This document shows, one piece after another, positions 36,496 to 45,821 of a stretch of DNA of 64,000 nt (the stretch's first letter is position 1; each line of letters begins with the position of its first letter). The notes under the pieces were generated by a model that saw nothing but the letters and a program-made list of their open reading frames with translations, had not been told where the DNA came from and made no database searches. A program made the position numbers and the translations under genes. The DNA is from Candidatus Lustribacter sp. GTDB taxonomy: Bacteria; Vulcanimicrobiota; Vulcanimicrobiia; Vulcanimicrobiales; Vulcanimicrobiaceae. The stretch covers positions 832,001-896,000 of the forward strand of contig OZ255842.1 in assembly GCA_965277805.1 (NCBI GenBank), in the 5' to 3' direction.

Positions 36496-37427
36496 TAGTC
36501 TTCGGCGGCGCGGTGCAGCTTGAGGTTGCTGACGAGCCGGGGCATGAACCCGGAGAACGAGAAGCCGTGCGCGTTATCGAGAATGCTCTCGTTTTCGAAC
36601 GCCTTCAATACGGCGCTGACCAAGTCGTCCGGCACGTCGGCGCGGCCGTAGATATAGTGGTGGCGCCAGCCGACCGCGACCATGTCCGCATCGACGCCGT
36701 TGAACAGCCGCGCGGGCAGCGTGATGTTGGTCCCGCCCCACTCGGCGTTGATCTTGTCGAGGACGTCTTCGTCGAACGTGACGAAGCGCAGGTCACCGAT
36801 CGTCGTTAGATCGCGACCCCACTGCGAACAGCCGTTGATGTAGAGGAAGAAGCCGTTGGTCTCGCCGCTCTTAGCGAGATCTTTGGTGATGCTGATCATC
36901 TCGTCGCGGCCCGTTTCCGCGATCAGCTTCGCGCGCATCTCCGGCGTTTTCTGCAACGTCGGGCGCAGATCGGCACCGCCCCAGCTGACGATCTTCTCGC
37001 GCGTGAGTCCGTGCCCGGCCATGATGTATTCGATGTATTCGCCGACCAAGTTGGCGGGTGCCGGCAGCACCACTTTCCAGGGATACTTTTTCTCGGCGAT
37101 CTCGCGCAGCGACGTGATCCCACTGGCGCGATCGACGGCGGCGGCGAGCCAAACGGGCAGATTCAGCGCCGCGATCACGCGCAGGTCGGGAATCTGCTTG
37201 CCTTTGAACGCACTGTGTCCGCGCAACGCCCAGTCGACGAATTGCGGCATCGTGATACCGATGAGGTTCGTGCCCTCGGCAATCGAGAGCACGTTCTTGA
37301 AATCGCTCGGTTTCTCGTCGAGAACGATATCGTAGCCTAAGGGAGCAATCGCTTTTTTCAGCAGCATGCCGCCCTCGTACCAGAACGACCCGACACCGCT
37401 TGCTGCGAATTTAACGGCTTGACCCAC
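36468..37427 (-). CDS. TAXI-family TRAP solute-binding-like protein, no evident signal peptide
   Basis: GSFWY, SGITSLREI, DVPDDLV and LH..AEDYYK motifs; GTG start 37427 after AGGGGG. Confidence 0.65.
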   Translation of the reverse strand: MGQAVKFAASGVGSFWYEGGMLLKKAIAPLGYDIVLDEKPSDFKNVLSIAEGTNLIGITMPQFVDWALRGHSAFKGKQIPDLRVIAALNLPVWLAAAVDRASGITSLREIAEKKYPWKVVLPAPANLVGEYIEYIMAGHGLTREKIVSWGGADLRPTLQKTPEMRAKLIAETGRDEMISITKDLAKSGETNGFFLYINGCSQWGRDLTTIGDLRFVTFDEDVLDKINAEWGGTNITLPARLFNGVDADMVAVGWRHHYIYGRADVPDDLVSAVLKAFENESILDNAHGFSFSGFMPRLVSNLKLHRAAEDYYKKRASGT

Positions 37428-37547
37428 GCTTAATCCCCCTCTGAGCGACCGACGGAATTCTCGCACCCGAAAAAGTGACCTGCGACGTAATAGGACGGCA
37501 CATTTCCGGGTACATGTTCATCACACACCCGAAAGGGGGCAGATGCT

Positions 37548-37886
37548 GTGAAAACCGCACTGAATGCCGCGAAAGCGTGTTGCGCGCTCCTCGCAATGAG
37601 TGCCGCGTTCTCGGTAGCCGTCATCGCGGCACCGGATGATAAGACACCGTCGCTGACGCTCGTCAGCACCGATACGAGCGAAGCATTTCCGTTCGCTGCA
37701 ATTCAATTCAACAACAAGACGTATCACGTCACCGAGGGCGACATCCTCGACGGCGTCTACATCCGGCAGATCTTGCCCGGGCGCGTTGTTCTCTCAACCG
37801 ACCAGACGCTCGTGGCGGGCCAGCCGGTGCATCCGGACGTCTCGACCGCCGATCAGGGCGCGCACGACCGATCGCTAAACCTCTGA
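37548..37886 (+). CDS. Secreted hypothetical protein
   Basis: Signal-like N-terminus; YHVTEGDILDGVYIRQILPGRVVL beta-rich segment (PilP/GspC-like). Confidence 0.55.
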   Translation: MKTALNAAKACCALLAMSAAFSVAVIAAPDDKTPSLTLVSTDTSEAFPFAAIQFNNKTYHVTEGDILDGVYIRQILPGRVVLSTDQTLVAGQPVHPDVSTADQGAHDRSLNL

Positions 37887-37925
37887 CGAGGTAATCCAGC
37901 GAGCCCCCCGGCGGCGTACGGGGGT

Positions 37926-38264
37926 ATGAAACTGCGCATCGTCCCCTTCCTCGCCGCGGCAGTGCTCTCAGCGCTGCCGCTGGCCGCGCCGGCCGATACG
38001 CCGGCCCCGACGACCCTGGTCCATATCAAGAACTTCATGTTCGTCCCGGCCACGATCACCGTGGCGACCGGGACGGCGGTGACGTTCGTCAACGACGATC
38101 AAGAGCCGCACACCGTGACGGCTAACGACAAGTCGTTCGATTCCGAAGGTCTCGACACCAACCAAAAATTCACCCACACCTTTGCCAAGGCCGGCAAGTA
38201 CCTGTTCTTTTGTGAAGTGCACCCCTACATGCACGGCACGGTGATCGTGAAGGCGGCGCAATGA
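37926..38264 (+). CDS. Cupredoxin (amicyanin/plastocyanin-like)
   Basis: Signal peptide; PHTV and YLFFCEVHPYMHG type-1 copper ligands. Confidence 0.92.
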   Translation: MKLRIVPFLAAAVLSALPLAAPADTPAPTTLVHIKNFMFVPATITVATGTAVTFVNDDQEPHTVTANDKSFDSEGLDTNQKFTHTFAKAGKYLFFCEVHPYMHGTVIVKAAQ

Positions 38265-39142
38265 AGCGCGCGTCATTTCTCGAGCACGTCGGCTGGACCG
38301 GCAGCGGCATCGCGTTCGCGATGACGGCAACCGGAACGTTCGCCGCGGCCGCGCCCGGCAGCGACTTCACGTTCGTACAGATCAGCGACAGCCACATCGG
38401 CTTCTCGCTGCCGGCGAATCCCGACGTTCTCGCGACGTTGAACGAAACCGTCGACAAGATCAACGCGCTGCCGCAACAGCCCGCGTTCGTGATGCACACC
38501 GGCGACGTCACGCATCTCTCCAAAGCCGAACAATTCGACACCGCGAAAAGCGTGCTCGGACGGCTCAAGGCGCCGCTGTTCGTCATTCCGGGCGAACACG
38601 ATGCAATCGGCACCGAAGGCGCGGCGCGCTTCGCCGCCGCGTTCCCCAACGCCGCCGCACCCGACGGCTGGTGGTCGTTCGACCGCAACGGTGTCCACTT
38701 CGTAGCGCTCGTCAACGTCTTCAACTACGAAACGATGGGCGTTCTCGGATCGAAACAGCTCGACTGGCTGGCCAAAGATCTCGCCGCGCAGAAAGCCGAT
38801 ACCCCGATCGTGGTGTTCGGACACGTGCCGCTTTACGCGCTCTATCCGGCGTGGGGGTGGACGACCGAGGACGGCGCGAAGGCCATCGCGATGCTCAAGC
38901 GCTTCTCGGCCGTGACCGTGTTGAACGGCCACATTCACCAGATCATCACGCAGCGCGAAGGCAACATCTCGTTTGCGACCGCGGCGGCAACCGCGTATCC
39001 GCAACCGGCTCCCGGCACGGCGCCCGCTCCCGGACCGCTGACCGTACCGGCACCGGAACTCCTCAGCCACCTCGGCTATCGCAGCGTGTCGTTTACGGGC
39101 AAGCGCGCGGCGGTCAGCGATCGGTCGTTGCAAACCGGGTGA
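38261..39142 (+). CDS. Metallophosphoesterase (Icc/CpdA-like), Tat-like leader
   Basis: SDSH, TGD, PGEHD, GHVP and NGHIH motifs; MKRASFL leader. Confidence 0.9.
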   Translation: MKRASFLEHVGWTGSGIAFAMTATGTFAAAAPGSDFTFVQISDSHIGFSLPANPDVLATLNETVDKINALPQQPAFVMHTGDVTHLSKAEQFDTAKSVLGRLKAPLFVIPGEHDAIGTEGAARFAAAFPNAAAPDGWWSFDRNGVHFVALVNVFNYETMGVLGSKQLDWLAKDLAAQKADTPIVVFGHVPLYALYPAWGWTTEDGAKAIAMLKRFSAVTVLNGHIHQIITQREGNISFATAAATAYPQPAPGTAPAPGPLTVPAPELLSHLGYRSVSFTGKRAAVSDRSLQTG

Positions 39143-39666
39143 ACGACGACCGGGAACTCGACGCCGCATTTGCCGCGCATGCCGACGGGGCGCTTGAAGA
39201 AGCGTACCGCCGCTATGCGCCGGCGCTGCAAGCGGCAGCCCGGCACGTGCTCGGCACGACCGGCGAAGCGCGCGATTGCGTACACGACGCGCTCATTCGT
39301 GTGTGGTCGAAGGAGGGGATCTATCGTCCCGAACGGGGCACGCTGCGCTCATTCTTGGTGGTGTGCGTACGCAATGAGGCGATCTCGCGCAAGCGCAGCG
39401 CCGTCCGTCACGTCGCAACCGAACAGCGCGCGGCCGTCGCGACGCCCGCATTCGGTGTCGACGTCGCCGAACGCGTGGCGATTCGCGGTGCGCTCGCGGG
39501 TTTGCCGCGCGAGCAGCGCGACGTTCTCGAACTCGCCTATTGGGGCGACTGCACCCAAGCGGAAATCGCGTCCCGGCTCGGGATTCCGCTGGGAACGATC
39601 AAGAGCCGGGCCGCACTCGGGTTGCGGAAACTTGCCCGAACTCTCAACCAACGGGACTTCGCATGA
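39139..39666 (+). CDS. ECF RNA polymerase sigma factor (SigK-like)
   Basis: GTG start; DCVHDALIRVW, YRPERG and LPREQR...EIA.RLGIPLGTIKSR. Confidence 0.9.
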   Translation: MNDDRELDAAFAAHADGALEEAYRRYAPALQAAARHVLGTTGEARDCVHDALIRVWSKEGIYRPERGTLRSFLVVCVRNEAISRKRSAVRHVATEQRAAVATPAFGVDVAERVAIRGALAGLPREQRDVLELAYWGDCTQAEIASRLGIPLGTIKSRAALGLRKLARTLNQRDFA

Positions 39667-40334
39667 ACCACATCGATCACGAGGCCGAACTCTACGCCCT
39701 AGGCATGCTCGACGATGACGAGCGCGCGCGCATCGACGAGCATCTGCTCACCTGTGAGCCGTGCACGGTGCTGGTCGGTAATGCGGAAGCCGCGGTCGCG
39801 GCGCTGGTCGACACGACCCAGGAGCGCCGTCCGCAGCGTCGCCGCGCGTGGTGGCCGGTCGCGGTGGCCGCCGCATTCGCGCTCTCAACACTGGGATTGC
39901 TGGGACAGAACCTCGTGCTGCACGGCGCGCTGAGCAACGATGGCGCGCTACTTGCGACGCTGGTCAACAGCCACTTCGATCACACGCAGTTCCAAGGCCC
40001 GGGCGGTCAAGAGATTGGGGCGAAAGCGATCTACGAGCGGCACGGCAAGTGGTACGAGATCTTGGCTGACGGAACGCCCGCGTGGCATGTGGTGCTCGTT
40101 CGTCCCGACGGAACGCGCGATAAGGCGGCTGCGGAGTTCATCCAGCGCGGTGCCGCGTCGATTGCCTACCTCACTCCCGCAACTCCGGTGCGTTCGATCG
40201 ATCTCGAAGACGCGGCCGGCCATCTTGTGGGAACCGTAAAGCCGACGTTAGAGGCGGCCCCTCGACAAGCTCGGAGTGACAGGGGGACTACGCTGCTTTC
40301 TTGGCTCGGATCGACTTTTTCAATAGAGTGGTGA
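39663..40334 (+). CDS. Zinc-binding membrane anti-sigma factor
   Basis: YALG and HLLTCEPC (HxxxCxxC), then one TM helix; overlaps the sigma stop. Confidence 0.85.
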   Translation: MNHIDHEAELYALGMLDDDERARIDEHLLTCEPCTVLVGNAEAAVAALVDTTQERRPQRRRAWWPVAVAAAFALSTLGLLGQNLVLHGALSNDGALLATLVNSHFDHTQFQGPGGQEIGAKAIYERHGKWYEILADGTPAWHVVLVRPDGTRDKAAAEFIQRGAASIAYLTPATPVRSIDLEDAAGHLVGTVKPTLEAAPRQARSDRGTTLLSWLGSTFSIEW

Positions 40335-41349
40335 GGTGTTTGCGTTCGTCGCGGGTGCTGATGCGCGCGATGAAGGCGACGATCTTGGCTTCGCCGGTGA
40401 GGTGTTCGAGGGCGCGGTTGGCGAGAAACTCCTCGATCACGGCCGGCAGGATGTAGGCTTTGCGGCAGACGGCCGGCGTGTTGCCGAGGCGCTTCGCAAC
40501 GCACGCAATGGCCTCGACGACGGCGGCCTTCGCTTCTTTGTCGGTTTCAACGCGAACCTTGGCGAGCGCCAAGGCGCAGCTCATCGTCGCTTCCCACGTG
40601 CGGAAATCTTTGGCGGTGAAGTCGTCGTCGGCAATCGTGCGGATATAGTCGTTCACGTCGGAGGAATCGATCGAGACCGGATCGCCGGACTCGTCGAGGT
40701 AATTGAAGAGTTCGTGACCGGGAATGTCCTGACAGCTCCGCACGATCTTCGCTAACCGCTTGTCGCGCACGGTCACGCTGTGCTGGATGCCGCTTTTGCC
40801 GCGAAACTTGAAGTAGATCGCATCGCCGCGCACGTTGACGTGCTTGTCTTCCATCGTGGTGAGCCCGTAGGAGTCGTTCTCGCGCGCGTACTCTTCGTTG
40901 CCCACGCGAATCATCGTTGCCTCGAGCAGCGACACTACGGTCGCCAGCACTTTCTCGCGCGGCAGGCCGGGCTTCGCCAGATCGCGTTTCACCGCCGCGC
41001 GAATTTTCGGCAGCGCCTTCGCGAACGCGAGCATGCGGTCGAACTTGTTCTCATCGCGCACTTCGCGCCACCGCTTGTGATAGCGATATTGCTTGCGCCC
41101 GCGCGCGTCGCGGCCGGTCGCCTGCAGGTGCGCGTTGCGGATCGGCGCAATCCAGACGTCGGTGTAGGCCGGCGGAATCGCCAGCGACTTGATCCGGGAG
41201 ACCTCGACCTTGTCGGTCAGCGGCTTGCCGTCCGGGGACACGTAGCGGAAGCTCCGGCCCGCCTTCAGGCGGCGAATCCCCGGAACGTCGTCGGTCATGT
41301 AGCGCAGGCCCGCTTTGCGGGCCGAATCCAGGGGTTCGCTTGCCGTCAC
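40288..41349 (-). CDS. Bacterial DNA topoisomerase IB
   Basis: IPPAY, DARGRKQYRY, IRVGN, FRGKSG, KDFRTW and LGNTPAVCRKAYI motifs. Confidence 0.93.
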   Translation of the reverse strand: MTASEPLDSARKAGLRYMTDDVPGIRRLKAGRSFRYVSPDGKPLTDKVEVSRIKSLAIPPAYTDVWIAPIRNAHLQATGRDARGRKQYRYHKRWREVRDENKFDRMLAFAKALPKIRAAVKRDLAKPGLPREKVLATVVSLLEATMIRVGNEEYARENDSYGLTTMEDKHVNVRGDAIYFKFRGKSGIQHSVTVRDKRLAKIVRSCQDIPGHELFNYLDESGDPVSIDSSDVNDYIRTIADDDFTAKDFRTWEATMSCALALAKVRVETDKEAKAAVVEAIACVAKRLGNTPAVCRKAYILPAVIEEFLANRALEHLTGEAKIVAFIARISTRDERKHLTTLLKKSIRAKKAA

Positions 41350-41885
41350 ACGCCGCTGATACCCAAGTCCAGGGCCCGGTAGACCAGGGTATCGCCTTCG
41401 CGGTGCGCTTCGGGGGTCAGGACATGGCTCGAGCGGGTGTTCGGAGTGAGGTGGACGACCTCAAAGCCTCCGAGCAGTACCGCCGCGTCGGCGACCAGTC
41501 GCCGGTGGCATTTCCACCATAGGGTCTCGGCACAGAAGATCGCAACGGTACGCTCGCGTGCGAGGGCAAGCAAAGCGTTGAAGCCCATCCGGAAGTCGAG
41601 CGTGGCCATGTAGTCGGCGTAGCCGCGGAAGCCGGTGTTGCGCAAGCCCGTGTTGGGCGAATCCGGCAGCGGCGTGCGCCGGCCCCCAAGCTCGGGGATC
41701 GGGCGATAGTCGATCGCCGTTTCGCCGAGCCAGCCGCGCATGGCGTCCGCGCCGAACTGCGGATGCTTGCGCGAACCCGCGAAACGTCGCACGTCGGCCG
41801 CGACCACGATGCTCTCCGCACGGAGCGTGTTTCGAAAGACGTCGGCCTGCAGCGTGCCGTGGCCCATGGTATAGAGTCGGTTCAT
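41346..41885 (-). CDS. DUF488 family protein
   Basis: YTMGHG, DVRRF.GSR, LGGRR, FRGYADYM and CAE...WKCHR motifs. Confidence 0.88.
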   Translation of the reverse strand: MNRLYTMGHGTLQADVFRNTLRAESIVVAADVRRFAGSRKHPQFGADAMRGWLGETAIDYRPIPELGGRRTPLPDSPNTGLRNTGFRGYADYMATLDFRMGFNALLALARERTVAIFCAETLWWKCHRRLVADAAVLLGGFEVVHLTPNTRSSHVLTPEAHREGDTLVYRALDLGISGV

Positions 41886-41886
41886 A

Positions 41887-41916
41887 TAGACAGGCGTCTC
41901 CCCAAGTATGTATAAT
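41887..41916 (+). promoter_or_regulatory. Sigma70-type promoter of the tRNA-Val/Asp operon
   Basis: TAGACA-N18-TATAAT, ending 17 nt before the tRNA. Confidence 0.6.
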
Positions 41917-41933
41917 TCGACGGTTCGCCAAAC

Positions 41934-42008
41934 GGGCGCGTAGCTCAGTGGGAGAGCATCCGCTTCACACGCGGGGGGTCGTTGGTTCAATCCCAACCGT
42001 GCCCACCA
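41934..42008 (+). tRNA. tRNA-Val(CAC)
   Basis: GGGCGCGTAGCTCAGTGGGAGAGCATCCGCTT-CAC-ACGCGG...GTTCAATCCCAACCGTGCCCACCA. Confidence 0.95.
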
Positions 42009-42025
42009 TAAAATCTGGTCCGTTT

Positions 42026-42102
42026 GGCGCAGTAGCTCAGTTGGTTAGAGCGCCGCCCTGTCACGGCGGAGGTCGAGGGTTCGAGCCCCTTCTGCGTCGC
42101 CA
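42026..42102 (+). tRNA. tRNA-Asp(GTC)
   Basis: GGCGCAGTAGCTCAGTTGGTTAGAGCGCCGCCCT-GTC-ACGGCGGAGGTCGAGGGTTCGAGCCCCTTCTGCGTCGCCA. Confidence 0.95.
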
Positions 42103-42111
42103 GATTCAACA

Positions 42112-42137
42112 CGCCGGGCCTCATACGAGGCTCGGCG
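42112..42137 (+). terminator. Hairpin after tRNA-Asp
   Basis: CGCCGGGCCTC-atac-GAGGCTCGGCG with a weak U tail. Confidence 0.5.
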
Positions 42138-42163
42138 CGTTGCTTTGCGAAGGTCGTTAGTTC

Positions 42164-42910
42164 GTGGCTTCTATCTCAGTCGAACACCTCACCAAGCGTT
42201 ACCCGTCCGGCACGCTCGCTTTGAGCGACGTCAACCTTGACGTGGGCGAGGGCGAGTTCGTGGCGGTCGTCGGCCCCAGCGGCTGCGGCAAGAGCACGCT
42301 GATGCGGATCATGGCCGGCCTCGATGCGGCCACCGACGGCCGCGTCGAAACGATTGCCGCGGCTTCGGATTCGACGTCGAGCCTGCCGAGCGCCGTCGTC
42401 TTTCAAGAACAGTCGCTCTTCCCGTGGATGCGCGTGTCGCAGAACGTTGCCTTTGCCTTCGACAGCCTCGGGCTTCCCCAAAGCGAGGTCGACCGGCGGG
42501 TCGCGAAAGAGCTCGCGCTCGTCGGTCTCACCGATTTCGCGAACGCCTATCCGCACGAACTCTCGGGCGGCATGAAGCAGCGCGCCGCGGTCGCGCGCGC
42601 GTTCGCGGTGGATCCGCCGGTGCTCTATATGGACGAGCCGTTCGGCGCGCTCGACGAACAGACGCGCGTCGGATTAGCAAACGAGTTGATGAAGCTGTGG
42701 GAACGCATGCGCAAGACCGTCGTGTTCATCACGCACGGGATTGAAGAAGCGGTGACGCTGGCCGATCGCGTGATCGTGCTCTCCGCACATCCCGGCACGG
42801 TCAAGGCAGTGATTCCGATCGAGTTTCCGCGGCCGCGCGATGCGGTGATGCTGCGCGGCGATCCGAAGTTCGGCGAATACGTCGTGCGCATCTGGGAACT
42901 GCTTCGATGA
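42164..42910 (+). CDS. ABC transporter ATPase, SsuB/TauB family
   Basis: GPSGCGKST, LSGGMKQR, DEPFGALD and ITH motifs. Confidence 0.93.
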   Translation: MASISVEHLTKRYPSGTLALSDVNLDVGEGEFVAVVGPSGCGKSTLMRIMAGLDAATDGRVETIAAASDSTSSLPSAVVFQEQSLFPWMRVSQNVAFAFDSLGLPQSEVDRRVAKELALVGLTDFANAYPHELSGGMKQRAAVARAFAVDPPVLYMDEPFGALDEQTRVGLANELMKLWERMRKTVVFITHGIEEAVTLADRVIVLSAHPGTVKAVIPIEFPRPRDAVMLRGDPKFGEYVVRIWELLR

Positions 42911-43665
42911 CGCGCGGCGAACGCGCGGTCGCGATTGCCGCGCCGATCTCGATCGTGCTGCTCTGGCAGCTTGCGGTGTCGACGCGCTTTCTCAACCCCG
43001 GTCTCTTCCCGCCGCCCTCGGAGATCGCCGCCAATTTTATCGCCTACGCATCGAGCGGGGAGCTCGCCACCAACACGGCCTGGACGCTCGGGCGCCTGGT
43101 CATCGGATGTCTGATCGGCGGCATTCCCGGCACGCTCATCGGCCTCGCGATGGGGATGAATCGCTGGGTGCGGGCGTACTTCCAGCCGGTGGTCGCGCTC
43201 CTGTACCCGATCCCGAAGATCGCGATCCTACCCTTGCTGTACTTCATCTTCGGTACGGGGGAGCAAGCCAAGTGGGCGGCGGTGGCCGTCGGCGTGTTTT
43301 TCCTGATGGTGATCAACACCGAGGCCGGCGTGCGGCAGATCGACCCCATTTATCTGGACGTTGCTCGCGCCTACCGTATCCGGCCCGCCTCGTTCTACTT
43401 CCGGGTGCTTTTGCCGGGTGCGCTGCCGAACATATATGCCGGGATCAAGCTGAGCATCGGCATCGCGATCGTGCTCGCGGTGGCCTCGGAATTCCAGCTC
43501 ACCCGCGTGGGGTTGGGGTTTGCGATCTTCAACGCCCAGCAGCTTCTGGACGTCGACCGTCTCTACGCGGCGCTCGTCGCGGTGTCGCTGCTTGGTTGCA
43601 TCCTCACCTACGGGCTCGACCTCACCGAACGCTGGGCGATTCCGTGGCGGAGAGCTCGCAAGTAA
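42907..43665 (+). CDS. ABC transporter permease, SsuC/TauC family
   Basis: FPPPS, PIPKIA, LPGALP and GLG motifs; about 6 TM segments. Confidence 0.92.
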   Translation: MTRGERAVAIAAPISIVLLWQLAVSTRFLNPGLFPPPSEIAANFIAYASSGELATNTAWTLGRLVIGCLIGGIPGTLIGLAMGMNRWVRAYFQPVVALLYPIPKIAILPLLYFIFGTGEQAKWAAVAVGVFFLMVINTEAGVRQIDPIYLDVARAYRIRPASFYFRVLLPGALPNIYAGIKLSIGIAIVLAVASEFQLTRVGLGFAIFNAQQLLDVDRLYAALVAVSLLGCILTYGLDLTERWAIPWRRARK

Positions 43666-43796
43666 GCGTTTCCTTACAATAGCCGGCAAAACGTAACGCA
43701 GGCCTTACGTGGGTCAAGAAACGAACACTCGATTGACCATGGAGGGACGTAACCGTTAACGCGGTCTCACCGATCTCGATCGTTCGTGCGCTGTTC

Positions 43797-45821
43797 GTGT
43801 CTAATGACACCGTTCGGCGCGAGCGTTGGATCGCGCACGCCGGCCTCTCACTTTCGGTCAACGCCGCGACCGCGGATTCGACGCGCGAAGCGGTCGTGCA
43901 CTTATCCGAAGAGCCGGTGGACGTCATCATCGTCGGCCCCTCGCTCGACGACGGATCGCGCGAAGAGCTGCTGAACGAACTGCGTGCGCGTCATGCGAAC
44001 ATTCCGCTGATCGCCGTCGGCGGTCCGAACGAGCCGGCGCCGCTCGATGCGCTCGCCTACGGTGCGATCGAAGCGCTCGGCGACGATGAAACGCCGCGCC
44101 TCGCCGCGACGATGTTGCGCGCGATTCGCGATGCCGGTTTGGGCCGTGCGCTGCGCGCCGCGCACGACGAACTGCAAGGTGTGCTCTCGCTCAGCGACCT
44201 GCACTCATCGTTGCTGACGAACGCGCCGGCGCTGATCTGGTCGACCGACGAAACGCTCACGCTGCGCAGCGTCGAAGGCGCGGAAGCGGCTCGCACGTCC
44301 GTCGGCGTGCAGATCGGCGATTGGGACCGGCTGGCGAGCAGTGCCGACCGGGCGCGGCTCGTAGACGCGCACCGCGACGCACTGGGCGGCACAACGACCT
44401 CGATTCGCGTGAACTGGCTTGGCCGATTGCGGTATATCACCGTCTCGCCGGTGTATGAAGGCGACAGCGTAGCCGGGACGGCCGGTGCGGCGGTTGCGAT
44501 TGCCGCGAGCGACATCGATATTTCGGCCATCGGCAGCGATCACGATTCGGTGACCGATCTGCCCAATCGCGTGATCTTCGAACACCGCGTGAGCACCGTG
44601 CTGCGCGAGTGCGAAGTGACCGGCGAACGCGCGGCGGTGTTGTTCGTCGACGTCGATCGCTTCAAGACCGTCAACGACATCGGCGGTCACGCGGCCGGCG
44701 ATACGGTCTTGCGCGCGATCGCCCACCGGCTGCGGCGCACCATCGGCGAACAGGATGCGATCGCGCGCTTCAGCGCCGATGAGTTCGTGGTCTTGGCGGT
44801 CGGGCTCGACGATCCCAAGCGCGCCGAAGCACTGGGCGCCGCACTGCTCGGCACCTTCGCCTTGCCGTTCACGTACGGGGCGCATGAGTTCCACCTCACC
44901 GCGAGCATCGGGGTGAGCGTGGGTCCGGACGATGCCGATCAAGCCGAACGGCTGATCGCGAATGCCGAGTCGGCATCGTTCGACGCCAAACGCCTGGGCC
45001 GCAACAACGTCAGCCGCTTCGCTCCCGCGATGCTGGCGACGCCGTCGGAGCGCCATATGCTGCACCGCGAACTGCTGCATGCGATCGAGCGCGGACAACT
45101 CGAGCTGCTCTATCAGCCGATCTACGACATGATCACGGGCAAGATCGCCAGTGTCGAAGCGCTCGTGCGCTGGCGGCATCCGACGCTCGGCATGATCGTT
45201 CCCGACCGCTTCATTCCGCTGGCCGAAGAGTCGGGTCTCATCGCGAGCATCGGCGAGTGGGTGATCATGCGCGTGTGCGAACAGATCCGGCTGTGGGTGG
45301 ACGCCGGACTCGACGACGTGCACGTGAGCCTCAACGTATCGGCGCGCCAGCTCGATCGCCTGCAGTTGCACCGCTTCATCGGCGATGCGATCCGCGTCAA
45401 CGGCATCGATCCCTCGCGCCTCGAAATCGAAGTGACCGAAACGTCGATCTTACGCGACGTCTACGGTGCAACGCTGTTGCTGCGCGAATTGCGCAGCATG
45501 GGGCTCAGCGTCGCGATCGACGATTTCGGTTCCGGCTTTACGTCACTCGCGTTCTTACGCGATCTGCCGATCAACAACCTCAAGATCGATCGCTGCTTCG
45601 TACGCGACGTCGCCACCGGCAACTTCGACGGCGCCGTCGTGCGCGCGGTCGTGGGGCTCGCGCGCAGCCTGGGCGTACGAACGATCGCCGAGGGCGTGGA
45701 AGACCGTGCGCAAATGGAGATGTTGCGCGAACTGCGCTGCGATGCGGTGCAAGGCTACTTGTTCAGCCATCCGCTACCCGCGGATGAGTGCGCGACGCTC
45801 TTCCACCAGAAGATCGCCTAA
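43797..45821 (+). CDS. REC-like/PAS/GGDEF(degenerate)/EAL protein
   Basis: DLPNR, DVDRFK, SADEF, YQP...EALVRW, DDFGSG, KID, AEGVE and QGY motifs. Confidence 0.9.
   Translation: MSNDTVRRERWIAHAGLSLSVNAATADSTREAVVHLSEEPVDVIIVGPSLDDGSREELLNELRARHANIPLIAVGGPNEPAPLDALAYGAIEALGDDETPRLAATMLRAIRDAGLGRALRAAHDELQGVLSLSDLHSSLLTNAPALIWSTDETLTLRSVEGAEAARTSVGVQIGDWDRLASSADRARLVDAHRDALGGTTTSIRVNWLGRLRYITVSPVYEGDSVAGTAGAAVAIAASDIDISAIGSDHDSVTDLPNRVIFEHRVSTVLRECEVTGERAAVLFVDVDRFKTVNDIGGHAAGDTVLRAIAHRLRRTIGEQDAIARFSADEFVVLAVGLDDPKRAEALGAALLGTFALPFTYGAHEFHLTASIGVSVGPDDADQAERLIANAESASFDAKRLGRNNVSRFAPAMLATPSERHMLHRELLHAIERGQLELLYQPIYDMITGKIASVEALVRWRHPTLGMIVPDRFIPLAEESGLIASIGEWVIMRVCEQIRLWVDAGLDDVHVSLNVSARQLDRLQLHRFIGDAIRVNGIDPSRLEIEVTETSILRDVYGATLLLRELRSMGLSVAIDDFGSGFTSLAFLRDLPINNLKIDRCFVRDVATGNFDGAVVRAVVGLARSLGVRTIAEGVEDRAQMEMLRELRCDAVQGYLFSHPLPADECATLFHQKIA

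Noticed and set aside
40288-41349. Prophage or integrase next to tRNAs
   Set aside because: Motifs are those of topoisomerase IB, not a tyrosine integrase; no phage genes or att repeats seen.
41886-42160. ORFs or extensions across tRNA-Val/Asp (41346..41996 start, 41948..42160)
   Set aside because: They translate tRNA sequence; DUF488 starts at 41885.
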